A stretch of DNA of 64,000 bases from Girardia tigrina. Lineage: Eukaryota. Both the position numbers and the translations under genes were made by a program. The notes under the pieces are model-generated. The model saw only the letters and a program-made list of their open reading frames with translations. It searched no databases and was not told where the DNA came from. This document shows positions 26,331 through 38,563 of the stretch, in pieces (position 1 is the first letter of the stretch; every line of letters begins with the position of its first letter). Location: contig MQRK01227972.1 of the NCBI GenBank assembly GCA_001938485.1, forward strand, positions 1 through 64,000. Direction: 5' to 3'.

Positions 26331-27235
26331 CTAAGAAAAAATATAATTATTTTTTATTGTTTATTAATTGCTTTTATTACAGAATACAATAAAAATGTAC
26401 AAAATATACATAATGTAATATAATTTTCTTTATTACCTTTGACCTTTATGAAATGCTATTTGAATATTATGTTACCGCCAGCTTTATATAATAATTGTAA
26501 CAAGAACTTTAAGTTAAATTATTTTACACAACAAATATTGCAAATAAATGATTTTTAAAATATTTATAGTTATTCATACATACTTTGTAAAAGTTTCAAT
26601 GAAATCATAGTAATTGGTGAGGAGAATCCTGGTTTAAGGGTTCTCCGGTCGTGTCCATTTTATAAGTTTTCTCTCAAAATCTTTTGCAATTGCTTTTTAA
26701 AATTTTTAATCTGTACATTTGTTTTATCCTTTAACTTTCTTCATTTCAAGATGCTTTATTTTTTTATCAAAAGATTCAATTTCATTTATTGAAGCTTTAA
26801 TGCCGTCAGACATTTTTTTTGATTTCTAAATTTAAAAATAAAACGATTTAAGTATTCACTTTTATTTTTAAATTAAAATTTCTGATATAAATGTCATGTA
26901 CACATTTTATTTTTTACAAATGGCTCTTAAAAATTTTACTTTATTTTACACTCGCTTGCAATTAACAGTAAAATACCAGCCTTCGATAATAAAATCCAAA
27001 TGAAAATTGGCAATCTAAAAATAAATAGCCAATTAAAATTCATAAAATACGTTTAAACAGATGATAAAAATAACTCCCCGCATTTAACAATAGTGTAAAT
27101 TATAGAAAGAAATGTTCTACCCCTCATACACACAAAACACACATACAATACATACATACAGAGACAAAAACACATCTCATACATACCTCATACACACCTG
27201 ATTTGCCAGCGTTTAAGAGTGAACAGACTTTAAGA

Positions 27236-28783
27236 GTAAAAAAAGTGAAATTTCAAAAATGATTCAAGATTACAATTTATTGCCCGTTAGCAGTGCCGAT
27301 GACACTGAAATAATGTACTTTATCGTCAATCATGTTATTTTATTAAATAATCATAGTAGCGATTCCGAAGACAGCCAAAAAACAGAACCATGCCGAATAA
27401 AAAAACTCGAAAATCGTAATTTTTATTTTCAATATCAAATTAAAATAATAAAATTATTCCAGAATAAGTCTAATCGACAAAGAAAGACTCATCAGAGCTT
27501 ACAATATGTCAGAGGACTATTTGACTCTGGCAAGGCAGCTCGATATATCCCTATCAGCTGACAAGAACATCGTATACAAATATCAAAAATGCGGTCTCAT
27601 TATTGTTTGGTAAACATGGAGGCCACAAGAAATCACTTATTACCAAAGAAATCGGCGAGACGATCATTCGGTATGTAAAGGAGAAATCGCAATCGACGTT
27701 GGGAGAGATGAAACGCGGTATATTGAGGAAAACAACGAGATCAATATATCGGAATCTACAATTTCCCGCTTCCTCACCAATAAATTAATAACCGTTAAGA
27801 TCAGGGGCTCCGTCCAAGAACGAAATTCAGATCGAGTGAAAGACCTCCGATTTCAATATGCCTGCCGATTTATAAAGGAAGATTGGTGAATGAGTCAATG
27901 TGTTTACATTAACGAAATCGGATTCAATCTATGGACCAGCCGCCAATTCAGTCGTTCAAAGAGAGGCACTCCGGTGAATATTGTCATTCCAACAAACAGG
28001 GAAAAATATGTCCCTCATTATGGTAATATACAGGAAGGGTATCTTGCTATTCAAATTATACTGTGGCAGTGTGGATCATGCCAAATATCAATCGTTCATA
28101 AACGATTTATCGAGAATTCTGCCAGGGACACTGCATTATTTAATCCAGGATAATGCGTGAATCCATTTCAATACTGCCTCCAATCATGAAATTGTCAATT
28201 TGCCGCAATATTCTCCAATCCTCAATCCAATTGAGGCGTTTTTCGCAAAAATGAAGCAGGAAGTCAGGAAAGCAATAACAAACCATCCAAGCATCCTGAC
28301 ACTAAGCCACCACCAAAGGCTGGTAGTTTTGCAGGAGAAAATCGAGGCTGTGGCATGCAAATGAAAGCAACAAAGATATGATGAATTACTTTCATCATCC
28401 GAAGAAATTCTTTGTTGACTGCATTCTGAAATCAGTGTGAGTCCTTGTGGCGCTCCACCGAGGGCAGATCTAACTGGCAACGGCGATCCGTTTGCCAAAG
28501 GTGAGCCAGTGGGTACTCCATCGACATGGATCTGACCGGTATTGGCGGTCCATTTGACGGAGGTGGGCTAGTAAGCACTCCACCGGCGGCGAATCTGACC
28601 GGCATCGGCGGTTGGTTTGCCGATAGTGTGCCCGGTGCCAACTGATCAGTATCGGGAACTGCATTTCGGAGGATTGCCGTTGTGTCTGTTGGTTCTGAAA
28701 CCATTTTACTGATGCAGTCGCCGTAAAAAAATGAAATAACAAGATCGAGGTGAAATCATTATCTTTTGAAAATTTAACTTTAC
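27236..28783 (+). mobile_element. Degenerate IS630/Tc1-like (DDE_3-type) transposon
   Basis: CVYINEIGFNLW..SRSKRGTP, IQDNA*IH and LPQYSPILNPIEAFFAKMK motifs at ~27500-28400. The boundaries rest on a weak inverted repeat (27236-27266 vs 28751-28783). Confidence 0.75.
28453..28640. repeat. Three GC-rich tandem repeats of 62-63 bp
   Basis: Units start ctccaYcg at 28453, 28516 and 28578; each contains atct.ac.gg....ggcg. Confidence 0.8.
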
Positions 28784-28869
28784 ATGTCGTAATTTACATT
28801 AAAATAATTAATTCAAACAAACGATTTTAATTTTTTTACAACTCAATAATTGTTTCATAAAGTCAATTT

Positions 28870-29448
28870 TTATAAAAATATACGCAAAAAGAAACCGCGG
28901 AGTAACGCAACAATGTACTTGATTAAATGCACAGAAAATATAGCGTTAAACCAAGTTCGCGCAGATGGACTTAACAAGTTTTCTATAGCCTTTTAGATTT
29001 AGCTGCTATAAGTGCTTGGATTCTGTATAAAAAGACGGATTCAAGTAAGTATTTCACGAAAAGAAATTATTTTTCCAAATGGCTGAAGAGCTAAGAAGAT
29101 ATTTTATAGAAGAAGTCGAGAACAGTTCAATATCAATAACTGAAATTCAAACTACTGAGGTACGAAAGAATTGTTAAGTTCAGCAATCATGCAAAAGATA
29201 TAGATGTACAAACATTTGTGCTAAATACAATAGAAATGTTTGCGGAAAAATGTGTTGCAAAATCAGTTATAATTAAAAAAATGTTATAATTAAAAAGTTA
29301 AAAAATGTTTTCCATGAATTTCTTGATCATAAAAATTTATTTAACTTGTTTTTTTAACTTTCTTAGCTTAAAACGTCGATTTTCTTGTATGAGTCAAATT
29401 GGCTCATTTCAGTAAATATATAACCAACATCCGTAAATCAAGTCTTAA
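28870..29448 (+). mobile_element. piggyBac transposase 3' remnant
   Basis: VFYSLLDLAAISAWILYK...FQMAEELR plus a C-terminal Cys-rich region; ends at a TTAA. Confidence 0.75.
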
Positions 29449-29553
29449 CGGAACATTATTTTTTATAAATTTAAAATTTAATTTTAAATCATATAATAAC
29501 GTTAATTTTAAATTATAATAAAATAAATGCCTAAATATTTTTAAGAATCTCAC

Positions 29554-29796
29554 CAAGCATTATATAACATTGCATCCTGCTAGTAGAAGTATTAGTAAAA
29601 CAGTAACCGCATATCGTTTTGTTACTTCTATTATGTCTCCCTCCGATAGATGCATTTGTTTTATTATGAAAAAAAATTTCAGATGTATTAAGGTATAACG
29701 AAACATTGAGATTTTTGGGAAGGAAAAAACAATATATTATACTTTCTCTGTCATAATAATATACAGCCGCATCAGTCGGTAGTATGTTTACAGATC
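29554..29796 (-). CDS. Exon 2 of modular Cys4/Ig-like repeat gene (type C domain); not in ORF track
   Basis: ttttCAG|GA...CTT G|GTGAGA; 243 nt, phase 1-1, open: SVNILPTDAAVYYYDRESIIYCFFLP...IGGRHNRSNKTICGYCFTNTSTSRMQCYIML; 7 N-X-S/T sequons. Confidence 0.85.
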
Positions 29797-29989
29797 CTGA
29801 AAAAATAATGTTTAATTAACTTTTTAGAAAAATCAAAATTATGTAAATTTATTATAAAATTTTAGCAGTGTATCACAAATATTTTGAATAAAAAAATTGA
29901 AGTAAATTATTTTTAAATTACAAACAGTTATAAAATTTTACATAAATTCTCCTTTTTTATAAAAACATTTTTGTTATTTAATTAGAAGT

Positions 29990-30406
29990 CTTTGATTTTC
30001 AGAATGAAATCTATAGAATCTGATTGAGCACTTCAAGAAAAGAAAAATGGTGTATCACTTGCTATATTTTGATACGCGAATACAGAGAAAACGACATTTT
30101 TCTACAAATGAAAATATTTGGTGATATATCTCTTTAGATTTATCGAATTTTTATATAGATTATTGTCTTTCCTCGCTGTGTCTTCAGTTTCTTTGTTTTG
30201 TTTTTTGTAAAATAAGAGCGCAATGCAATTTGTCATTGAAATATTCAGTTGTGATAAAATTTGATTATTTCAGCAAAAAAATTTCACAGAAAAATCATTT
30301 TTTTCAGATTTTTCGAAAAATTTAGCACTTTGATTTTCAGAATGAAATCTATAAAATCTGATTGAGCACGTCAAGACAAGAAAAATGGTGTATCACTTGC
30401 TATATT
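29990..30406. repeat. ~80-bp direct repeat pair
   Basis: ctttgattttcagaatgaaatctata...ggtgtatcacttgctatatt at ~29990 and ~30328. Confidence 0.85.
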
Positions 30407-31699
30407 AGTTGGCTGATCAAAATTTAAATAGTTTTAAAAAATATTTGGAATTGAAATCAAATAGAAAATTTTAAAAATTAATTAGAATGAAAACTTAAAT
30501 ATTTTAAATTTGAATTCGAAAATATTCTTTATAAATTGATTTGAATTAAAATTTATTTTGGTAGAAAAATGAATTGATCAAAACAGATAACAGATGAAAC
30601 AGTATTTTTAAAATAATAAATTTATTTAAAATTTGAATTCTATTAAAAAATTTTATTAATATTAGTAAAAATTTATTTTTCAAATTTTAAATTAAATTAA
30701 ATTTCGAAAATAGTAAAAATATTATAAAACTAGAAAAAGACACGTCATATATGACGGGTGAGCTGAATTTTCTTTTTTGAAAGTTTCTGTTTTAATTTTT
30801 AAATCATAATTATGATAATTTATTATTTATTGCTTCGAATTTTGTGTTGATTTAACAATAGTGCCTTTTTAACATTGGATTTTGATTTGACCACAATTTT
30901 AAATAAATGAAAAATTATAGGAAAATAGAGATTGGCGAATTGATTATTAATTACGAAAATAGTTAGAAATTTTATTTGAAAATTGTTTATAATAAATGTA
31001 TAAATTGAGTAAAAAATGATTTCTGAAATTTATGTTACAAAAAGCTCTCAAAAAGTCTATCCAACCTTTCTTAATCTTGAAGTATAATTTCAAAATAAAG
31101 AAGATTAATTTAAAAGATTCACTAAACAATGGACCTGTAAAGCACCATACAAGAAAACAAATGATCTCAATCCCCGTCGAATATTACACAGACAACATGA
31201 GTTTTATAAAAAAATGTTCATTCATTTTGCAGTGAAGAACCAAGGAAACTACAGAGTACTACTAAAATTTTTTCTTGAAAGAATTCTGAGGTTTTTATGC
31301 AGATAGAAGCCTTATTTTAAATGAGCCTTCATAAACAGGGGGACTGTGCTGATTTCTTGAGTTCGAATCTGAATCTATCCCACTTTTAAACAATTTAATC
31401 AAATCAAAGTCGATATTTTCGGTGTATTTCTTGTACGAATTGTTCGCTAAAAACCAATTGAGAGGGGGAAATGACCATCTGGCTAAGGGTAGCATTTTAA
31501 AATATGTTTCGGTGTTGATCACGATATAATTCCGTAACTATTTGGTCCTGCTCAAAAATTTGGAACTGAATAATTCGGTTGCGATCAATGCTTGGATAGC
31601 CAGGTCGTTAGATGGCCAAACAGTTGCTTTTTTCCTACGGGAAAGAAAAAAGGATATAAAAAGACCTTAAAATCAATCATTTTGAAAAATTTTCTGATG

Positions 31700-32870
31700 A
31701 AAGAGATTTAACTAAATAAACTATAAATGTTAAAGAATCCAAAAATGTAATTATTAGGAATAATAACCGAGAATACTGTAACACACAAAAAGTTTATTTT
31801 CAAAACACTGTTTAATTGATAATATTTAAACAACATATTTATCAAAAAAGTATATATTAAATTTTTTAAATAATCAAAATATCTAATATCCAACACTCCC
31901 ACCAGATTCGTCCACAGAAGAATCTGAATCCACAATGTAATCATTTAGATAAGACGATCTTCGTCTTTCTCTATTAGGCCTACTGTTCAATGATTGTTCC
32001 TCTTGTGTTTGATTGTCTGGTAGTGTGCAGTTTCCTCCATATTCATATAGTATGACTTGGAATTTTCAACCAAGTTAGACTGTCTAGGTCGAATGTCTGC
32101 GATATGTCTTGGACCGCAAAATCCGTTGCAATTTACTACATATGTCCTTTGATCTATTCTTTTCACGACAACACCCTTGACCCATTGCTGTGAACATGGT
32201 GGACTGTTTTCCGGTTTTACCCACACTAATTGATTCTCAATATAATCTGGATTTCAACAAAACGGTTTCTTTTCACTTCCTTCAATTATATCTAACCCTA
32301 TGGGCAAATAGCTATACAGCACCGAGCTTGGTGTTTCTTTTCCTTCAGATGGCATGTTATTATACCACCATAAAGCTTCCAAAATGCTGATATTTGATCT
32401 GGACGCAATTCTTTTGATTGTTTTGTGATTCCTTTCTATTATTCCGTTGCAGGTAGGTCAATTGATGACACGATACATGACTCGAACGTTCCACTTTTCC
32501 ATTAGCTTGTTGAATTCTACCGAATGAAAGGTGGTATAATTATCGATAATTAGTTCCTTGGGAGACCTGCGTTCACAGAACAAACTTGAGAATTCTGAGA
32601 CAATTGACTTGACGTCTTCAGCCTTTATTAATTTCCATATCGCAAAGCGAGAAGGACCACAATCGATTACACTTAAAAATTTTTGTTGATTGTACTTTGT
32701 AACATCCACAGCAAGTCTTGTCCAGTTTTAATTGACGCTCAGCCTACCTGTTTTCCATTTTACGGGTGCCGGATCGATGGTTTGACATTTTTGACATCTT
32801 GAAATAAGATCCTTGATATCCGCGTTTGACACACCTATTCATTGCTTCGCACATAGATATTGCATTCTGT
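31700..32870 (-). mobile_element. Gypsy integrase, PPT and start of 3' LTR (second family)
   Basis: RLAVDVTK..FLSVIDCGPSRFAIW..PKELIIDN and NGIIERNHKTIKR motifs; ggtgggag|TGTTGG at ~31894. Confidence 0.85.
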
Positions 32871-33612
32871 TTGCGCCTGGTAATACGCGATACTTTAACT
32901 GATGGAGATAGACTTAAAAGAATAAGGGAAATATATGCAGATAAGATAGATGAATCATTAATGAAATTACTAATAGAATATAAAACGATATTTATGGCGG
33001 AAAAATGGGATATAGGGAAGACTACACTAACTAAGCATAAAATTGAAACGCAAGGAGAACCAATATTGGTAAAACCATACCGACAACCAAAACACTTTGA
33101 GGAAAAACTAGATGATATTATCTAGAATTACGAGGAAAATGATATCATTGAAAAATGCAGTTCGCCGTGGAATTTTCCGTAGTATGCGTATGAAAAAAAG
33201 ACACATGGATATTCAAGTATGCGTTGATTTTCGACAATTAAATAAAGTCACAATCAGACCAGCATTTCCAATGCCAAATGTAGAAGAAATGCTAAATACA
33301 TTAAATGGAGCGAAATACTTCAGAACGATCGACTTGGGGAGTGCATATCATCAAGTTGAATTGGAGAACGATTCAAAATTAAAAACTGCATTTTCGACAA
33401 AGAACGGCCAATATTGTTTTAAAAGAATGCCATTCGGAATTGCGACATTTCAAGAACTAATGACAAGAGTGTTAGGATAATTAAACTGGAAAGAAGCAGT
33501 TGTATACCTGGACGATATTCTAATCTTCACAAAAGACAAAGAAGAACATTTTAGACGAGTCGAACACGTATTTCAAAAGATTAAAGAATCGGGCCTTCGA
33601 ATAAACCCTGAA
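32871..33612 (+). mobile_element. Gypsy RT fragment, same family as 58742-63310
   Basis: KWDIGKT..PYRQP..CVDFRQLNK..RMPFG..VVYLDDILIF. Confidence 0.9.
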
Positions 33613-34072
33613 CTATGATCTAACAATCTATTCTATTTAACAATTTTCTATTTAAATGGTCTCAACAAGCTGTGTTCAAATGGCAAAAGTATATCGATAA
33701 TATGGGTGTATACTTTGATGAATGACATAAATATTTATACTGGTAAATTATCAATTAATTTGGACTTTACTTCTACAAATTTCATACTTGACGACCTAAT
33801 AGTTGCTAAACATATAACTGATTAATGACTTAGATAGTAAATCTTTTAAATGATTCATGTTTTGACATTGGAAGTATAGTGCAAAATTGCAGTTCAATCA
33901 GATCTTTGCAACTGGTCAGAAAATTAACCCCAAGATTGATTTCAGGCAGGCAAGTAGAAATGAAACCAAGTTTTAAAAACGTATTGAAAAAGCATAGCTT
34001 TTATACGTCAAAAAATAAATAAAATAATTTAAGATCAAGGATATAAAATATTTTAAGTCTGTCAAATATAAC

Positions 34073-34274
34073 CTTGTTTATGTTTTATAACTAAGCAACT
34101 GCTACATGACAATGTTGTCTTCCCATCTCTCGTAACACATTTACATAAACAACCGTTGACAATTTTGTCTGTACATTGGTTTGTAATTTCCTTTCCGGAA
34201 GACTGATCATACAAATAAATCCACAGTGTAATGAAATTTACATAACGAAATAAATATATATTTATTATAATCAT
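34073..34274 (-). CDS. Putative exon 1 of modular repeat gene: signal peptide plus Cys-rich cap
   Basis: ATG at 34274; hydrophobic N-terminus, then CTDKIVNGCLCKCVTRDGKTTLSCSSC; phase-1 donor CAA G|GTTATA is compatible with exon 2. Linkage to exon 2 is inferred. Confidence 0.6.
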
Positions 34275-35347
34275 AAATAAATCAATTTCGGTAATTATTT
34301 TAATTAATTGTACTATCAATAATTTAGGATTACTAAAAATGCAATTAAAATAAGTAAAGAGAATAATACATTTAAAATATATAAATATAAAATGATGAAG
34401 GGCCTTTGAAAAATTGAAAAAAATATTTGAGAAAATTATAAAAAAGCAAATTTGTATAAATTTCTGTTGAAACTATGTGTCCATTGCTTAGTACATAAAA
34501 TGGCTAAATTTATTTGTGAGTCTGGTGGCGTACTCATGGCATACCATTGCGTGCAATACCTTTGAAATGCCGATAGATAAGTCTTCTGAGAACTTTATAA
34601 AATTTATGACATTATGAATCATCTTTTGTAGGTTTCCAAAGAGAATAGTTAACGAAAATCCTTTTAAGAATGTAGAAATTGTTTAAAATGGCGATATATA
34701 TTATAACGATAATAATTAGATCGTCGTCGTTATTGTAACGGCCATTCGCCGCAATAATGATTACAGATATTATGGGCATATATAGGCGAAATATACAAAC
34801 CACCTTCAGCAAAACACACTATAAATTGTTAACTCTTTGTATTCATACTACCTCAGAATCCTTGGCTATAAGGGATTTAAAAACTTCTTTCCTAATTAAT
34901 TATGAAATTCTATTACTGGATATTTCCGAGGATTTACCGGATGCATCCACTGAAAAAATAAATGATTTTTGGTTTTTGCCAAAGCAGTCTGTTCTCATAT
35001 TTGCAGTTGAATTCATTTTAACAGATGATGTACCTAACCATTTCTTCTAGTTAATGCCCAAAAAATAAATTCGGATTTTTGAATTAGAGAAAAAGTATTG
35101 GTGCAAAGAACATCGGTTTTAAGGAAACAAATCCCCTGGAAAAAAATAGGATATCGACTTTCAGTGGGTTGCCAAATTATTATGGACACTTCTTTTTTTT
35201 GAAATTTTACCTTTGAATAAATGTTTTGAGTAAGCAAAATGTTTTAAGTTTTGTGGTTTTTTTTTAAAAAAAGCGGTCATACTTCATCGATTAAAAAACA
35301 CGAGGAACAATATTTTTAAGTGCATCGAATAAATTTCATAATTTTGA

Positions 35348-35399
35348 TTTATCTGATGAAAGTCATTCGATTTATTATGACGCCGAAAGAGATTGTAAA
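35348..35399 (+). ncRNA. Degenerate hammerhead-like motif
   Basis: tttat-CTGATGA-aa-GTCAT..ATGAC-gcc-GAAA-gaga-TT-gtaaa; stem II junction is imperfect. Confidence 0.35.
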
Positions 35400-36199
35400 A
35401 TAATCGAATTTGATATCTATGATGAGTCAGTCGTTATAGGTTTTGAGAATGAAATTCATGTTGTCAATAAAGAAAATTTGAGCCTTTGTCCTTTTTTTTC
35501 CCTACTGACAAAATAGTCTTTTTTCTCCTACAATACTTTTTTAATAATCACATAAAAATAATAATTTACGTAATAATAAGATTTAAAATAAAATTTTTTT
35601 TCCACTCTTGACAAAACAGTCTTTTTCACATATAGGTGAAATTTTGACAATTTAAATAGAAATAATTTCGTGGCACGATTTCCGCAACAACCATAATGGA
35701 TAAACAAATCATTCGAGTAACGCTCTCTTCTTTGACTAAAATTCAAGACTCATTTTGTACTTAACAGAACATCATCCAGTAGTAAATCTATTGATAGAAA
35801 AATATTTTAAGCATTCAAAATCAAAAGAGTCTGTATCAAACACTAATTACTTCTCAGAATTCTGATTGAATATAAATAATTTAAAAAGAATTATTTTTAA
35901 AATACTAATCTAAATTTTCAAACAATATTATATTAAAATAAACAACTTTTATTATTTTAAAAACATAAATTTAGTCCTAAAAAAAGAGTTTTTATATTAA
36001 AATATAATCAATAAAGGAAATAACAAATTGTTTTTTATATCAAAATGTTCATTTTTTATATATTTGAAATAAAATATATTTTGCTTCCATAAAATTTGAA
36101 TTTATTATATATATATATATATTAAAAAATAAAACATTAAAATGTTAAAATTAAAGTTTCTTAAAAGATATTCGATCAGATAAAGTTTTTCACTAGAAC

Positions 36200-36470
36200 T
36201 TTATAGACGACATTGGAGAAAGTATGGAGAAAGAATGTTAAAAATGAATAAAGGTGTCAGACAGGCATGAATAATGGAACCTTTTTTATTAAGGATTGTC
36301 TTTGATAAAGTGTTTAAGAATGCTGATGGAGTTCATCTGACAAACCTGGATAGATTAGTATATAAAATCAATATATTAGCATATACATTTGATCTCTGTA
36401 TCAAAGATAAAGATATCATGAGTGTAGCAAGGAATTTAGTAAAGATATCATATTATGGGTTTGGTAGTTA
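36200..36470 (+). mobile_element. LINE reverse transcriptase fragment
   Basis: NKGVRQA*IMEPFL...INILAYTFDL (degenerate GVRQG and YADD motifs). Confidence 0.7.
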
Positions 36471-36471
36471 G

Positions 36472-36780
36472 CAACAATCGACTACCATGGGCCGATGTCT
36501 CTATCAGAACGGCCGAAACAGCGTATTCGATCACCAATACGAGAATCGGCAATTTCGGTCCACCGTTTCCATCGTTGTCGCTGTACTGGAACGAGAACTG
36601 GGGCGCCAGCAGCTGGTTGGTCCCGAACGGCGTCTGAAGCGGCGCGAAGTCGGCAGAGTTTATGCTGGAGCTGCTAGGCAGCCGGTAATACATGTTCTGG
36701 AAGTACTGACTCGACAGGTCGTACGACTTGAACTAGTTCTGCCTGAGACTCGTGTTCGGATGACTGTTGAGCGAATTCAT
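36472..36780 (-). pseudogene. GC-rich orphan gene 5' fragment
   Basis: ATG at 36780: MNSLNSHPNTSLRQN*FKSYDLSSQYFQNMYYRLP...; strong C/G third-position bias, one in-frame TAG, abuts a LINE fragment. Confidence 0.5.
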
Positions 36781-37929
36781 TTCTGTCGGCCGCAGAGACA
36801 CGCGCAATTCGTCAATCGATCAATATCGAATATGATTGCGATTCGATTTGACGAAACCAAAAGAAAATCGATAGAAAATAAATTACGAATTTCTTTGATT
36901 ATAATTTTTTCTGTTTTATTTAACGAATTATCGATAGAAAACTTTTTTGAAAATGAATAATGAAATCGAATTATTTTCAAATTCAAATACACGAACTTTG
37001 AATAATGTTTATTTACAAAATTGGATACAGTGATTATTTTAACAAATTCATGCAAATTAAAATAAATATATTTCATTTAATGTCACAATCATCATAAACA
37101 CAAATATATTCGTCATGAAATTTTTAAGGAATAATTCAAGAGAAAAGAGGAGATTGTAATTATAAGTAAGAAATATCGGACTTTTAATATATATTTAATA
37201 TTTATAAATACCGATTAAAATTTTGTGTCACTACAATGGGTAAAGAATTTCTAGTCTCATAAGAGCACATTATTTAATAAGGAAAAATGGTACTAAGGTA
37301 ACACTCATTACAAACTGAAGAATGCTGCAACTAATAATTCGGAATTCTAACGTTTTAATTGCACTACAGTATTGTATTATTATTATTATTAATTGTATTA
37401 TCGGTAATTTATTATGGGAGCGAGGTTTTGGAAAATCCCGAAAGGAATATGGTACGACTTCAGGCTTTTCATAATACTTGGATAAGAATGACATTCAAAA
37501 AACATGATTGAACAGAATCTTTAACAGAAATTTATCAATCCAACTTAGTGAATTCATAACCATGTTAGCCAGAAAGTGTATTCAGTTTTATGAATACCAG
37601 AAACGGAAAGGAATTGAGTATGAGGCGCTAAATTAGTAAAGTAACTTAAATAGGACCGAATGGAAATCAGAGAAAACACTAGGGGAAACAATTTTCGATA
37701 ATATCTGATAGACAGAAAATCTGAATGGCGATGAGACAGAAACTTTGGAGACAAATATTAAACCCCACTTTTATTTCCGATTCGCAGATATACATTCAAG
37801 AGCAAATCTTATATATCAGGTAAAGTCCACAAAAACATAGCCAAATATATTGTCAGTCAATGATATAATAAATCTAACAAGGATGTGAAAGAGAGCTTAG
37901 AAGCTAAAAGTTGAATCCAAAGTAGGAAA

Positions 37930-38563
37930 CATATCAGACTTTATATTCTGAGTTGACCCAATAACGAGATAGGCCATGGATGATGGAAAGGAATACAAGT
38001 TTACGTTGTTCAAAGCTCTACATATCGTCTGGCGTGCTTTTGAGCATGTTGTCAACTTGAAGATTAGAAAATGTTTCACAAAGCCCAGGTTTATAGAAGA
38101 GGACATCCAAACTGAGGTACAAGTTATAGAGCTGCTCGAGATATTGCAAGCTCTGTCTGACGAAATAAAAATCCGAGAAAACGAGAAATTCGGACCTTCT
38201 AAGTTTCTCAATGTCAAAGAGCGCTTTGCGACTGGTGACTCTTTATTTATGGAGATACTGTGCAGTGAAGACTCGGTGGAAAGCGAAGATAACAATATGA
38301 ACTGTCCTATATGAAGTCGTTCCGTTTGGAACACTGTGCGGAAGTTATTGCAAGAGAAAAGCTGGAACCCCTGTGTAATGTAAACGTGTGATCATCTAGA
38401 CAACGAGAAGCACGTGATCTACCAAAAAAGATGTACATTCCGACGAATCTTGAATGATTTGATATGAAAATTAACTTAAGAAAATAAAATCATTTTACAA
38501 ATCCTTGTTATTATGCCATTCTTGCTTGGTCCCAACATGTACCATAGTTACGAGATTTGACTG
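37930..38563 (+). mobile_element. Tigger/pogo 3' fragment
   Basis: TLFKALHIVWRAFEHV..IRKCFTK; ends GAGATTTGACTG|TA. Confidence 0.7.

Noticed and set aside
28453-28640. CRISPR-like array
   Set aside because: Eukaryotic context; whole-unit tandem repeats with no repeat-spacer structure.
31708-31944. ORF MITLWIQILLW... as a signal-peptide exon
   Set aside because: It overlaps the Gypsy 3' end, PPT and LTR start; another frame gives the typical RERRRSSYLNDY tail.
34938-35032. Possible phase 1-1 exon upstream of the leader exon
   Set aside because: Short, with no motif or homology; could be chance in AT-rich DNA.
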